Notes: a model not told the origin generated them from the letters alone. Positions 44,898-53,603 are shown, numbered from the stretch's first letter. The stretch is 64,000 nucleotides of DNA from an uncultured Pseudomonadota bacterium (GCA_902784345.1 CACZUD010000001.1:30810-94809); one strand, 5' to 3'. A program made the numbers and translations.

Positions 44898-47879
44898 ATG
44901 AAAAAACAAAATATAATCTTTTCCACCCTATTTCTGACATTGATAACAATGCCAATGAATGTGTTTGCAGTAGATTGTAGATTTACAAGCGAAGAAAAAA
45001 CCGCTATTTTGGAATACATCCAAAGTTTTCTCTATTATCACAGACCAGTTTTAGATGCCCCCATGACCTATCCAGAGAAATACGAATGTGACCCAACATT
45101 TGCAGAGCAATTGGCACAATGGAAAACAAATTGTAAAGATATGGGTGGCACTGTAGAACCAACATCCGAATACCATGGTTTTACTTGTTCTTCAAAAAAA
45201 TCTTCTTCGGCTGCGACAGCAACACCAAGCACAACAACGCCTACACCGTCTGCACGTTCTGCAACAAAAAAATCCACCGCACCAAAAACAGAACAAGAAT
45301 CTGTTGCAAAAACTGCTGCAGCGACAACAACTACCAAGAATATCTGCGTAGTTGTTATGGGTGAAAACGGGGAATATCTGAATAACGCAACAGTAACAGA
45401 AAAAAACAAACCAAACAACAAGGCAAAACCTGCAAATTATTACAATCAACATTGTATAGATATTCCCAATAATTCTGAACTGATAATATCGGCAGATGGT
45501 TATGAAACAAAAACAGCAAAAGCCTCGAGCTTATCAGACGGAGATTATGGCGCAATAAAACTTAAAGAAAAGAAAACTGCAGCTAAAACAGAAAATACAC
45601 AATCACAAAATGTTTATACTGCTAAAAAGACAGAACCTGTTGTTGTCAATGCAGAAGCAAAGTCAGCATCAACACCTGCGACAAATACTGCAGCAGCAAC
45701 AACCATAACCGCCAGCGGAACAGTTAGGGATTCAGAAGACGTGGTAATAGGTGCTTCAGTGGTTGCAATAGATTCTGCCGGAAAAAATATAAAAGATAAA
45801 AAAGGTCACACAATCTCGGAAATAACAGATATAGACGGTCACTTTAAAATAAATGTCCCAGAAGGCGCCAGATTAAGAATATCGTATATCGGGAAAAAAA
45901 CACAAACTATAGACAATGTAAAAGTAGACCTTAATATAACACTTGAAGAAGATAAAGCAGTAGCCCTGGAAAGTGTTAATATTGACTCAAAAACTAATGA
46001 AGGAAGTCCGTGTTTTACGGAAGAAAAACTTCTAGAAAATTTGCGTCAAGACCGCTGTGATTCATTAAAAAACGGAAAGGTTCTAGGCTATGCAAAATTA
46101 GATTGTAAAAAAATTCAACTGGTCTCAGACGGTAAAAATGGTACGGATCCAGCATTGTTTTTGTTTGATAACAACCAAAACAAGCAAGAATATATTTCCA
46201 ACAATAAGTTATTAACTGATCCTAATGCATTAAAGAACAAAGATGGTATAATAAAAAAAATCGGCGGTAAATATATATGCGTACCAAATGAATGTATCCA
46301 AGATTATGAAGTAAAAGACGGTGTTTGTGTTCTCAAAGGATGTTCTAAGCAAGAACTAAAGGCATTGAATGCATCTGAAGGAAAATATGAAGGTGGCAAA
46401 TGCGTTGTTGAAAAATGTGCTGATAAATATCATTTGAATAACACAACAAAGCAATGTGAAGAAAACAAATGCCCAACCCCTGAAGAAGATTGGGACGGAA
46501 CAAAGTGTGTAAAAACAAGATGTACGCCAGATGAAGCAAAGGCTGTCAATGCAAAATATGGCAAATGGGAAAACAATCAATGCGTTGCAACTGATTGTGA
46601 AGATGAAATAAATTTCAAACTGGAAAATGGTGCATGTGTCGCAAGTGATTGTCCAGCAAAAGAACTTGAAAAAACAAATGCAGTATCTGGACACATGGAA
46701 AACGGCAAATGTATAATAGGTACCTGCAAGGACGGTTATACACCGGAAAATGGCACGTGTATAAACAAAGACATACTGGCGGAAAAACAAAAAGCTTATG
46801 AAGATGCCAAGGCAACCGAACAATCGGATGCGAACAAAGCATTAACTGCGGTTACAACGGCTGCAACTGGTATTGGCGGTATGCAGGCATTGCAAGGTAT
46901 GGCGGAACAATCTGCGGATGAAGATGCGATGGCTGATATGGCGGCATATATCGAAACTATGCGTTGCACATATGCCGACGGTAAACAAGTCAAAGCCGGC
47001 CCAGAAGAAATTGAATTGCCTGGTGCGAACGATCAAGAATTGATGAATCTGCGTGGACAATATTTGGCACTGGCACAAGATTTGAAAGAACGCAAAGAAG
47101 CCCTGGGTATGAAGCCAGGTATTGAAAGCGAAACTATTATGGATCGGACACAAACAGAACTTTATGACGATGAAAACATTGGCATAACAAACGGCAATTA
47201 TGAATCAATTTATCGTGCCATGATGTTGAGCAGTGAAAAAGACCAAGCAAAGATAGACGATGCCGCTAAAACATCTGCTAATCGTGTTAAATATGGCGCA
47301 ATCGCCGCCGGCGCCGGTGTTGTTGGTGGTATAGTTGGTAATCAACTTATTAATGGTAAATCTAAAGATGCGAAAAAAGACGAAGCAGGTGAAAATGTCA
47401 AAGCATTAGAAAAAGAACAAGAAACAGTATTAAACGATTTGAAAAAATGTCTTAAAGATGCAGGCGTAAAAGATACTGATAAACTGGAATTCAAAAACTT
47501 TTATCCATCTGTATTGTCAGTTAAAAATGTGAGTTGTAAAAATGTGAAAATGAAACGCTCTTTAAAATCAGGCGAAACGGTAAATGATATATTTGCAGAT
47601 TCTATGGATGCAACAGAAATTTTTGAAAACCTTGCAATATTCTTTGATACCAACACCATAAGCAAAATGATTGGTTATACTATGAAAAACGATAACGATA
47701 CGGATAATGCCATAGCAAAAATAAAATCTTCTGTTGAATCCGTACAAAAGAAATTCAAAGAAGCGGAAGACAAAGATAAAAAATCAAAATCAAAAGGTTT
47801 GACCGATAAAATAGGCGCTGCTCTTGGTAATGTTGATTTAGGTGACATTGCTGGAAAGGCAGACCCGATAAAAAAATAA
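44898..47879 (+). CDS. Large cysteine-repeat exported/bitopic protein (~993 aa)
   Basis: I set the start at MKKQNIIFSTLFLTLITMPMNVFA. It has CarboxypepD_reg-like segments (GTVRDSEDVVIGASVVAIDSAGK...DGHFKINVPEGARLRISYIGKKTQTI). Tandem Cys units follow (CVPNECIQDYEVKDGVC, CVVEKCADKYHLNNTTKQC, CVATDCEDEINFKLENGAC, CIIGTCKDGYTPENGTC). A Gly/Ala-rich helix (YGAIAAGAGVVGGIVGNQLI) precedes a ~200-aa tail. Confidence 0.75.
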   Translation: MKKQNIIFSTLFLTLITMPMNVFAVDCRFTSEEKTAILEYIQSFLYYHRPVLDAPMTYPEKYECDPTFAEQLAQWKTNCKDMGGTVEPTSEYHGFTCSSKKSSSAATATPSTTTPTPSARSATKKSTAPKTEQESVAKTAAATTTTKNICVVVMGENGEYLNNATVTEKNKPNNKAKPANYYNQHCIDIPNNSELIISADGYETKTAKASSLSDGDYGAIKLKEKKTAAKTENTQSQNVYTAKKTEPVVVNAEAKSASTPATNTAAATTITASGTVRDSEDVVIGASVVAIDSAGKNIKDKKGHTISEITDIDGHFKINVPEGARLRISYIGKKTQTIDNVKVDLNITLEEDKAVALESVNIDSKTNEGSPCFTEEKLLENLRQDRCDSLKNGKVLGYAKLDCKKIQLVSDGKNGTDPALFLFDNNQNKQEYISNNKLLTDPNALKNKDGIIKKIGGKYICVPNECIQDYEVKDGVCVLKGCSKQELKALNASEGKYEGGKCVVEKCADKYHLNNTTKQCEENKCPTPEEDWDGTKCVKTRCTPDEAKAVNAKYGKWENNQCVATDCEDEINFKLENGACVASDCPAKELEKTNAVSGHMENGKCIIGTCKDGYTPENGTCINKDILAEKQKAYEDAKATEQSDANKALTAVTTAATGIGGMQALQGMAEQSADEDAMADMAAYIETMRCTYADGKQVKAGPEEIELPGANDQELMNLRGQYLALAQDLKERKEALGMKPGIESETIMDRTQTELYDDENIGITNGNYESIYRAMMLSSEKDQAKIDDAAKTSANRVKYGAIAAGAGVVGGIVGNQLINGKSKDAKKDEAGENVKALEKEQETVLNDLKKCLKDAGVKDTDKLEFKNFYPSVLSVKNVSCKNVKMKRSLKSGETVNDIFADSMDATEIFENLAIFFDTNTISKMIGYTMKNDNDTDNAIAKIKSSVESVQKKFKEAEDKDKKSKSKGLTDKIGAALGNVDLGDIAGKADPIKK

Positions 47880-47912
47880 AAAACACCCACGATTGTGGGT
47901 GTTTTATTTTTG
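47877..47912. terminator. Bidirectional intrinsic terminator
   Basis: A-run, then ACACCCAC-GATT-GTGGGTGT, then a T-run, between convergent genes. Confidence 0.7.
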
Positions 47913-47926
47913 AATAACAGAATAAA

Positions 47927-48523
47927 TTATTCTGCTTTTGCTTCTTCAGCAACTGGTTCAGCAACAACTTCTGTTTCAGCAGTTTTTTCCGCTGCTTTTT
48001 CTTCTGTTGCTTCTTCTTCAACTTTCTTTGTTCCGAAAGTCAGTTTTTTACCGGCAACCAATGCATCGATTTCATCTTGTGTTTGTGCAACGTAAATCTT
48101 TACATCAACGATAACATCTGGATGTAATGCGATTTTTGTATCGAACGCACCAACAGATTTAATTGGAGAACCCAACATAACCTGAGCTGATTCAACGCTA
48201 ACGCCTGCAACTTCTTTCAATTCACGCGCAATATCACGTGAAGACACAGAACCATACAATTGACCTGTATCACCAGCTTGACGAATCATGTGCAATTTAG
48301 CATTTTTAACTGCATCAACTTTTGATTCTGCATCTTTCTTTGCTTTTTCATGACGCGCAACCAATTCTGCTTTCTTTGCTTCAAACAATGCAACGTTTTC
48401 TTTTGTGAAACGAATTGCTTTGTTATTTGGCAAAAGGTAATTACGAGCATAACCAGTTTTAACTTCGACTGTATCGCCGATGTTGCCTAATTTTGTAATT
48501 TTTTCTGTTAAGATTACTTTCAT
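47927..48523 (-). CDS. rplI: 50S ribosomal protein L9 (with an acidic C-terminal extension)
   Basis: MKVILTEKITKLGNIGDTVEVKTGYARNYLLP, followed by a ~45-aa Glu/Ala-rich tail. Confidence 0.93.
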   Translation of the reverse strand: MKVILTEKITKLGNIGDTVEVKTGYARNYLLPNNKAIRFTKENVALFEAKKAELVARHEKAKKDAESKVDAVKNAKLHMIRQAGDTGQLYGSVSSRDIARELKEVAGVSVESAQVMLGSPIKSVGAFDTKIALHPDVIVDVKIYVAQTQDEIDALVAGKKLTFGTKKVEEEATEEKAAEKTAETEVVAEPVAEEAKAE

Positions 48524-48583
48524 TTTATCTGTCCTTTTTTCAAGTTAGGGTCTGCCGACCCAGATTATTTTATCAAATTCATA

Positions 48584-48687
48584 AAAATCAAATTATATGT
48601 GGGGATTGGAAGTGTTTGACGCCCCGTAGTGTACAAATGCTACATGAGGGGAGTCAAACACGACAAGTTCCCACAGAATTTGATTTT
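48584..48687. repeat. Long imperfect palindrome in the rpsR-rplI spacer
   Basis: The outer arms are AAAATCAAATTATATGTGGGGA and TTCCCACAGAATTTGATTTT. The inner stem GTGTTTGAC...GTCAAACAC encloses CCCC..GTAG/CTAC..GGGG pairs. A separate hairpin, GGGTC-TGCC-GACCC, lies at 48548..48561. Confidence 0.7.
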
Positions 48688-48913
48688 AACCCAAGTTGTT
48701 GCGAACGAATGGCATCAACCCAAGATGACGTGCACGTTTGATGGCTGTCGCCAAAGCACGTTGATCTTTTTGTGAAACCCCAGAAATACGAGATGGAACG
48801 ATTTTTCCACGTTCTGTGATATAATGGGACAATAATTTCACATCTTTATAGTCAATCACTTTGCCCTTTAATGGGTTAGATTTTTTACGATAAATTGCTG
48901 CACGTACTGCCAT
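48686..48913 (-). CDS. rpsR: 30S ribosomal protein S18
   Basis: [45 protein letters not shown]. Confidence 0.95.
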   Translation of the reverse strand: MAVRAAIYRKKSNPLKGKVIDYKDVKLLSHYITERGKIVPSRISGVSQKDQRALATAIKRARHLGLMPFVRNNLG

Positions 48914-49254
48914 TATGCCACCTCTTCTTCTGTATTTTTCTTCATCATGATGGATGGTGTTTTTGCCAATTCTTCAACGCGAACGTTCAAGAAACGAATA
49001 ACATCTTCATCAATGCGGGAACGACGTTCCAATTCTGTGATTTTAGAACCATCCAATTCGATATTCATCATTACATAGTGTGCCTTGCGGTTTTTACGAA
49101 TGATGTATGCCAAATTACGCAGTCCCCAAAATTCAGTGGATTTAACATCGCCACCTAATTCTTTGATAATTTGTGCAAATTTATCCGCTTTTTCTTTAAC
49201 CTGCGGTTCGGTCAAGTCCTGACGAAAGACCAGGACGCTTTCATAATAAGCCAT
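48913..49254 (-). CDS. rpsF: 30S ribosomal protein S6
   Basis: [19 protein letters not shown]...[22 protein letters not shown]. The stop overlaps the rpsR start. Confidence 0.93.
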   Translation of the reverse strand: MAYYESVLVFRQDLTEPQVKEKADKFAQIIKELGGDVKSTEFWGLRNLAYIIRKNRKAHYVMMNIELDGSKITELERRSRIDEDVIRFLNVRVEELAKTPSIMMKKNTEEEVA

Positions 49255-49435
49255 TTTATTTCCTTTGGTTTATACAGCCGATGGGCCCATCCCACCAGCA
49301 GGAACAACCCCATTATGAAGATTTTTTGAAAAAAATCAAGCATTTTTGCATACATATTATATATATACCCATAAAACACTGTTGACACGCCCGATAAAAT
49401 TTTACTAAGATTTGTATAACGAGAGATAAAAAAAC

Positions 49436-50587
49436 ATGAAACGATTTCACAGAAACCTTAATATAATGTCGATATTTGCCGCAGTTTTGCTGGCTTTGGG
49501 CATTATTTTTTGGCAAACATTGTTAAATATCGCGATAACAAACGTATTCTTGAATGGCGTTATTATTGGGGTAACTTTGTTTGGAATTGGACTTTGTTTT
49601 GTAAATATATTTGGCCTGTTGCCAGAATACAAGTGGCTGCACGCCTATTTTGACGGTCGTGCAGATTATGGATACAACCCGAAATTATTGCGCCCTATTT
49701 CTATGGCTTTGCACAACAAACATATTCACATTACGCCAACCACATTGTCAGAATTGCTTGATATGGTTGCATCTCGTATCGAAGACAGACGTGATTCTGT
49801 ACGCTATATAACAAATACTTTGATATTTTTGGGCTTGCTTGGGACATTTTGGGGGTTGATTATAACAGTTGGCGGATTTGCAAGCTTGTTAATGAATATT
49901 GATTTCGAAGACCCGTTGGTTTTACAAAATATGCAAATTGCTATGGCGGGTCCGTTGTCTGGTATGGCGACAGCATTTACCAGTTCCCTGCTTGGTCTGG
50001 CGGGCAGTTTGATTGTTGGCTTCTTGGGATTGCAATTACAATTTGCACAAAATACTATCTTTGAAGAATTAACCGACTTTATGTCGCAATATGTTCTGCA
50101 AAATCCAACAACTAATGAAAAAGTTGCTAAAATTTCAGAAAGTGCACCAGTGAATGCGTATACTTTCACGAAAATATCTGAAATTCATGACGCTTTTGTT
50201 GACGCGAATTATGAAGTTCGCGATCTGATAAGAATTGATGGAATTTACCCTGCGATTGTCGCAATTGGAACAGATGAAAAAATGTTCATTGCAACACTGA
50301 ACAACGATGCCACAGTTCTGCAAAATGTTATGAAACGTATTGAATTGTGCTTTGCTGACACTTTGGAAGGTGTAACAATCAACGCACGTGTTTTCTATAT
50401 ATCAAACAAAGATTTACATTTAAATAATCCATATATTGTACGCTTTGCGTCCGTTAATGATTTAAAAAGATATCTGATGAAAAACGAAAATGTGCGTCCA
50501 AAAACAAAGCATGATCACGAAATGTTTGATGCATATTCTAAATACATCGGAACAGCAGTTGATTATTTGTTCAAATCGAATAACTAA
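49436..50587 (+). CDS. MotA/TolQ/ExbB-family proton-channel protein with a ~170-aa C-terminal cytoplasmic domain
   Basis: It has two N-terminal TMs, a ~75-aa loop, then LIFLGLLGTFWGLIITVGGF and GPLSGMATAFTSSLLGLAGSLIVGFLG, the family signature helices. A globular C-terminal extension follows. Confidence 0.75.
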   Translation: MKRFHRNLNIMSIFAAVLLALGIIFWQTLLNIAITNVFLNGVIIGVTLFGIGLCFVNIFGLLPEYKWLHAYFDGRADYGYNPKLLRPISMALHNKHIHITPTTLSELLDMVASRIEDRRDSVRYITNTLIFLGLLGTFWGLIITVGGFASLLMNIDFEDPLVLQNMQIAMAGPLSGMATAFTSSLLGLAGSLIVGFLGLQLQFAQNTIFEELTDFMSQYVLQNPTTNEKVAKISESAPVNAYTFTKISEIHDAFVDANYEVRDLIRIDGIYPAIVAIGTDEKMFIATLNNDATVLQNVMKRIELCFADTLEGVTINARVFYISNKDLHLNNPYIVRFASVNDLKRYLMKNENVRPKTKHDHEMFDAYSKYIGTAVDYLFKSNN

Positions 50588-50621
50588 CAGATAAAAAAGA
50601 AAGAGAGAGAGGAAAAGAACT

Positions 50622-51722
50622 ATGTTAAATACTCGTTTCAAAGAAAGAACTAATGCATGGCCTGGATTCGTAGACTTGTTTTCTAATCTGGTCATTATTT
50701 TGATATTCTTGCTTATCGTGTTCGTGTTTTTGTGGACAACAACCAGTGTATTTAACAAAAACACTGGCGCAAAGAAAGTCGCAGAATTAGAACAAGCGCG
50801 TCAGGCACAAGCGGAACAAATCGAACAAATGAACGCCGATAAACAAGAAGCCGAGCAGTTGTTGTTGGCTGCGCGTGATGCATTGGAAAATCAAGAAGGA
50901 CAAATTGCAAATCAAATGAAACTGGCCAATGCATACGAAGAACAAATTACAACTTTGACCATTCAACAAGAACAATTGGCAAAACAGATTGCAACACTGA
51001 CAGAACAATTGCAGCTGGCGACCTCTGCAAAAGAAGAAAATGCACGTATGGAATCTGAACGTCATGAAATGCAAGACGAAATGTCAAAAGAACAATCTGT
51101 ATTAAATGCACGTATTGCAGAATTAGAAGAACAACTTGATGCAGCCGAAGCAAAAGCAAAAGAAAAAGAAATTGAATACGCACAGATGTCAAATCGTTTA
51201 AACAAAGCATTAGCTGAAAAAGTCGCAGAATTAAACGCAAAGGTCGCAGAATTGGATTCTTTGACGTTGTGTCAATCTGAATTTTACAAACAAGTGAAAC
51301 TGGCACTGGGCGATCGGACAACAATAAAACAAGACGGTGACAGATTTATTGTTTCCTCTGACATTTTATTTGGCAGCGGTTCTTATAAATTATCTGCAGA
51401 CGGCAAAGCACAAATAAAACTGTTATCGAACGTGATTAAAGATTTTGAAAATAAAATTCCGTCCGGTATAAATTGGATTATTCGTGTTGACGGCCATACA
51501 GATAACAGACCTGTGTTACCGGGCACCGCAGGATATTCAAACAATATGCAATTATCTTTGCTTCGTGCGACAGCAGTTGTTAACGAACTGATAAAGAACG
51601 GTGTATCAAAACGCAGATTGGTTCCATCTGGATTTGGTGATTTGCACCCAACAGAATTAGGACGCGACAAAGCATCATTACAGAAAAACCGTCGCATAGA
51701 ATTACAATTAACAAACAAATAA
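50622..51722 (+). CDS. MotB-like protein: TM with conserved Asp, ~190-aa coiled coil, and an OmpA-type peptidoglycan-binding domain
   Basis: The N-terminus WPGFVDLFSNLVIILIFLLIVFVFLW is a MotB-type anchor containing Asp. A long heptad-rich Gln/Glu/Ala region follows. The C-terminus reads FGSGSYKLSADGK...VDGHTDNRPV...NMQLSLLRATAV...NRRIELQL. Confidence 0.8.
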   Translation: MLNTRFKERTNAWPGFVDLFSNLVIILIFLLIVFVFLWTTTSVFNKNTGAKKVAELEQARQAQAEQIEQMNADKQEAEQLLLAARDALENQEGQIANQMKLANAYEEQITTLTIQQEQLAKQIATLTEQLQLATSAKEENARMESERHEMQDEMSKEQSVLNARIAELEEQLDAAEAKAKEKEIEYAQMSNRLNKALAEKVAELNAKVAELDSLTLCQSEFYKQVKLALGDRTTIKQDGDRFIVSSDILFGSGSYKLSADGKAQIKLLSNVIKDFENKIPSGINWIIRVDGHTDNRPVLPGTAGYSNNMQLSLLRATAVVNELIKNGVSKRRLVPSGFGDLHPTELGRDKASLQKNRRIELQLTNK

Positions 51723-51748
51723 AAAACGCCTTTTGGCGTTTTTTTTAT
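51721..51748. terminator. Bidirectional intrinsic terminator
   Basis: AAAAAACGCC-TTTT-GGCGTTTTTTTT. Confidence 0.7.
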
Positions 51749-52569
51749 CTTGTGAAAGATTTTAACTTTAAATCTTTAATTAATTTTTGTGCTTCATCAA
51801 AATGACGACCTATGTTTTTTGCAACATGAGCATCATCACTTATTAAAACAGGCACATTATTTTCATGTACCATTTTCAAAATCCTGTTTGACGGATATGG
51901 CTCGTAACAATCAGGTCTGTAAAACGAAGTATTTATTTCAATCGCTGTTTTTGATTTAGCGCCGGCTTCAACTGCCCTGCTTTCGAAATCTGCCCATTTT
52001 TCGCCACGGCCAAGACCAACTTTTTTCGGCAAATCAAGATGCGCCATCCAAGTAAACATACCAGATTCCGCAGCATTTTTCAGATTCGTCCAATATTTTT
52101 CCAACAACAAATTCTGCATCTGTTCATCAGAATTTTTTAAATCATGCACATTAAGCAATGTTCCATCATATTCTACAAAATGCGCCGAACCAATTAAATA
52201 ATCAGGTTTTAATATTTTAATTGCTTTTTCAAAACCATTTCGCCATTTTGCATTATTGAAAAAATCGACCTCCATACCACGCAAGATTTTCATATCTGGA
52301 TTTTGTTCTTGGATAATCTGCAATTCTTCATAATGGGGAACAAATCGCGATAAAACCTCATCAAACGACGCAGAATATATACTCCTGTATCCGCCAATCC
52401 CCGCATAAAAATACATTTTAGCTTGTTTAATAACTGGATTAACAATAAAATGATTAGAAATACCGATAGTATCAAAACCCAATTCACGCGCACGGTTAAC
52501 CATGTCTTGAACACTATCTTGACCGTCAAAACCTATTGTGTGTGTATGAAGAGTATATTTTTGAATCAT
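51745..52569 (-). CDS. PHP-family histidinol-phosphatase-like protein (HisJ family)
   Basis: LHTHTIGFDGQDSVQDMVNRARELGFDTIGISNHF is a PHP domain N-motif. Further His/Asp motifs include GSAHFV, AHLD and SDDAH. Confidence 0.8.
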   Translation of the reverse strand: MIQKYTLHTHTIGFDGQDSVQDMVNRARELGFDTIGISNHFIVNPVIKQAKMYFYAGIGGYRSIYSASFDEVLSRFVPHYEELQIIQEQNPDMKILRGMEVDFFNNAKWRNGFEKAIKILKPDYLIGSAHFVEYDGTLLNVHDLKNSDEQMQNLLLEKYWTNLKNAAESGMFTWMAHLDLPKKVGLGRGEKWADFESRAVEAGAKSKTAIEINTSFYRPDCYEPYPSNRILKMVHENNVPVLISDDAHVAKNIGRHFDEAQKLIKDLKLKSFTR

Positions 52570-52654
52570 GATTTTATGTTATACACCTAAAAAACGGAAT
52601 TCAATAAAATATATTTGCATTTTTAAAAAATCGGTATATAATAAATCTCGTTTT

Positions 52655-52731
52655 CGGGGTGTAGCTCAGTCTGGTAGAGTACTTGGTTTGGGACCAAGGT
52701 GTCGAAGGTTCGAATCCTTTCGCCCCGACCA
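52655..52731 (+). tRNA. tRNA-Pro (anticodon TGG)
   Basis: A hand-folded 77-nt cloverleaf: acceptor CGGGGTG/CGCCCCG, anticodon arm CTTGG-TTTGGGA-CCAAG, T arm GAAGG-TTCGAAT-CCTTT, with encoded CCA. Confidence 0.92.
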
Positions 52732-52740
52732 GATTTAATA

Positions 52741-52768
52741 AAAAAGACCATCACAAGATGGCCTTTTT
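52741..52768 (+). terminator. Intrinsic terminator of tRNA-Pro
   Basis: AGACCATC-ACAA-GATGGCCT followed by TTTTT. Confidence 0.65.
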
Positions 52769-52782
52769 TATTAAACTGTTTA

Positions 52783-53013
52783 CGTCGTGGCGAAAGGATT
52801 CAAAGAACATTCGGGAAGAAGGTTCGACCCGCAGGCGAAAGGCAGACGAGAGTATGCCGGTGAGCAGAGCGAATGAGCCAAGGGAGCGCAGTCCAAATTT
52901 ATTTGGACGAAGCAATCCTTTCGCCCAGCATACCTCTAATAGAGTTTTTGTTTATGGTTGGTTTATTGTTTGTCGAGGAGGAATCGCCCCGACCAGATTA
53001 AATAAAAAAGACC
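52783..53013 (+). repeat. Cluster of displaced tRNA-Pro 3'-half fragments around a GC-rich insert
   Basis: 52783..52800 is an inverted copy (17/18) of GAATCCTTTCGCCCCGAC. 52817..52826 GAAGGTTCGA equals the T-stem 5' strand plus T loop. An 87-nt insert follows. 52913..52926 AATCCTTTTCGCCC equals the T-stem 3' strand plus acceptor, with one extra T. 52986..53013 is a 27/28 direct repeat of 52722..52749 (the tRNA 3' end plus 18 nt of flank). Confidence 0.85.
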
Positions 53014-53033
53014 GTTTCATACGGTCTTTTTTT
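53004..53033. terminator. Bidirectional intrinsic terminator
   Basis: AAAGACCGT-TTCAT-ACGGTCTTT flanked by A and T runs. Confidence 0.65.
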
Positions 53034-53037
53034 ACTA

Positions 53038-53463
53038 CTATTTCTTTTTGGCTAAAATCTCGCTGTTAACTTGAGCGGTTAATTGCGCTTGCTTTTTTTG
53101 CAATTTCTTCATAAGACACTGTTCTTCATACATTTTTTTTGCTAATTGACAAAGCACGCGCATTTCGCGAAAGCCTTCATCCCCCTTGCGTACAATGTCA
53201 GACGAAACTCTTTCACGCAATATAGCCGCTTCTAAATTCGACCATTGATAAAAATCGTTAGATAACGAATTTCCTTTTGGCAATATGCATACAGAAAACA
53301 TTCTGCCGCCATTTTCATAAAAATGATAAAGAACATTTACTTCGCCCATATCAGTACGAACAGTTTTTGTACGAAACTCACGCCTAACACTGACACCGGG
53401 TCTTGAAACAGAGTCTATCAGGTATTCTATATCTCTCTTTGTAGTTCCAACATACCCACCCAT
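53038..53463 (-). CDS. Hypothetical protein
   Basis: 141-aa ORF with no recognisable family. It is the first gene after the tRNA-Pro fragment cluster. Confidence 0.5.
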   Translation of the reverse strand: MGGYVGTTKRDIEYLIDSVSRPGVSVRREFRTKTVRTDMGEVNVLYHFYENGGRMFSVCILPKGNSLSNDFYQWSNLEAAILRERVSSDIVRKGDEGFREMRVLCQLAKKMYEEQCLMKKLQKKQAQLTAQVNSEILAKKK

Positions 53464-53603
53464 AAAGTATCCTTTTTTTTATTAAAGCCACTATTAAATA
53501 ACACAAAATATAAATTCTGTCAATTATTTTTATTCAAAAAATACAAAGTTTTTATAAAAAACTGTTATTTTTGACACTTTTTCATGATAAAATACTAAAT
53601 ATC

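Noticed and set aside
49255-49330. GC-rich stretch with the palindrome GATGGGCCCATC in the rpsF 5' region, considered as an S6:S18 autoregulatory leader
   Set aside because: I could draw only a 4-5-bp hairpin and could not recognise the conserved leader architecture by eye. The evidence is insufficient without a covariance-model search.
49436-51722. MotA/MotB-like pair considered as a Zorya-type defence system or a flagellar stator
   Set aside because: No ZorC/ZorD/ZorE-like genes and no flagellar genes are adjacent. The long helical region is on the MotB-like subunit, not on the MotA-like subunit as in ZorA. I kept it as an unassigned stator-like module instead.
52789-52926. GC-rich insert considered as a 4.5S/SRP RNA or other known small RNA
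   Set aside because: TCGGGAAGAAGG has a loose resemblance to the SRP RNA domain IV region. However, I could not find the conserved GGAA-tetraloop hairpin with its symmetric and asymmetric loops, and the ends derive from tRNA-Pro fragments. A covariance-model scan would settle it.
52683-53069. 128-aa plus-strand ORF starting inside tRNA-Pro
   Set aside because: It spans the tRNA, two terminators and the fragment cluster, so it is not credible as a coding sequence.
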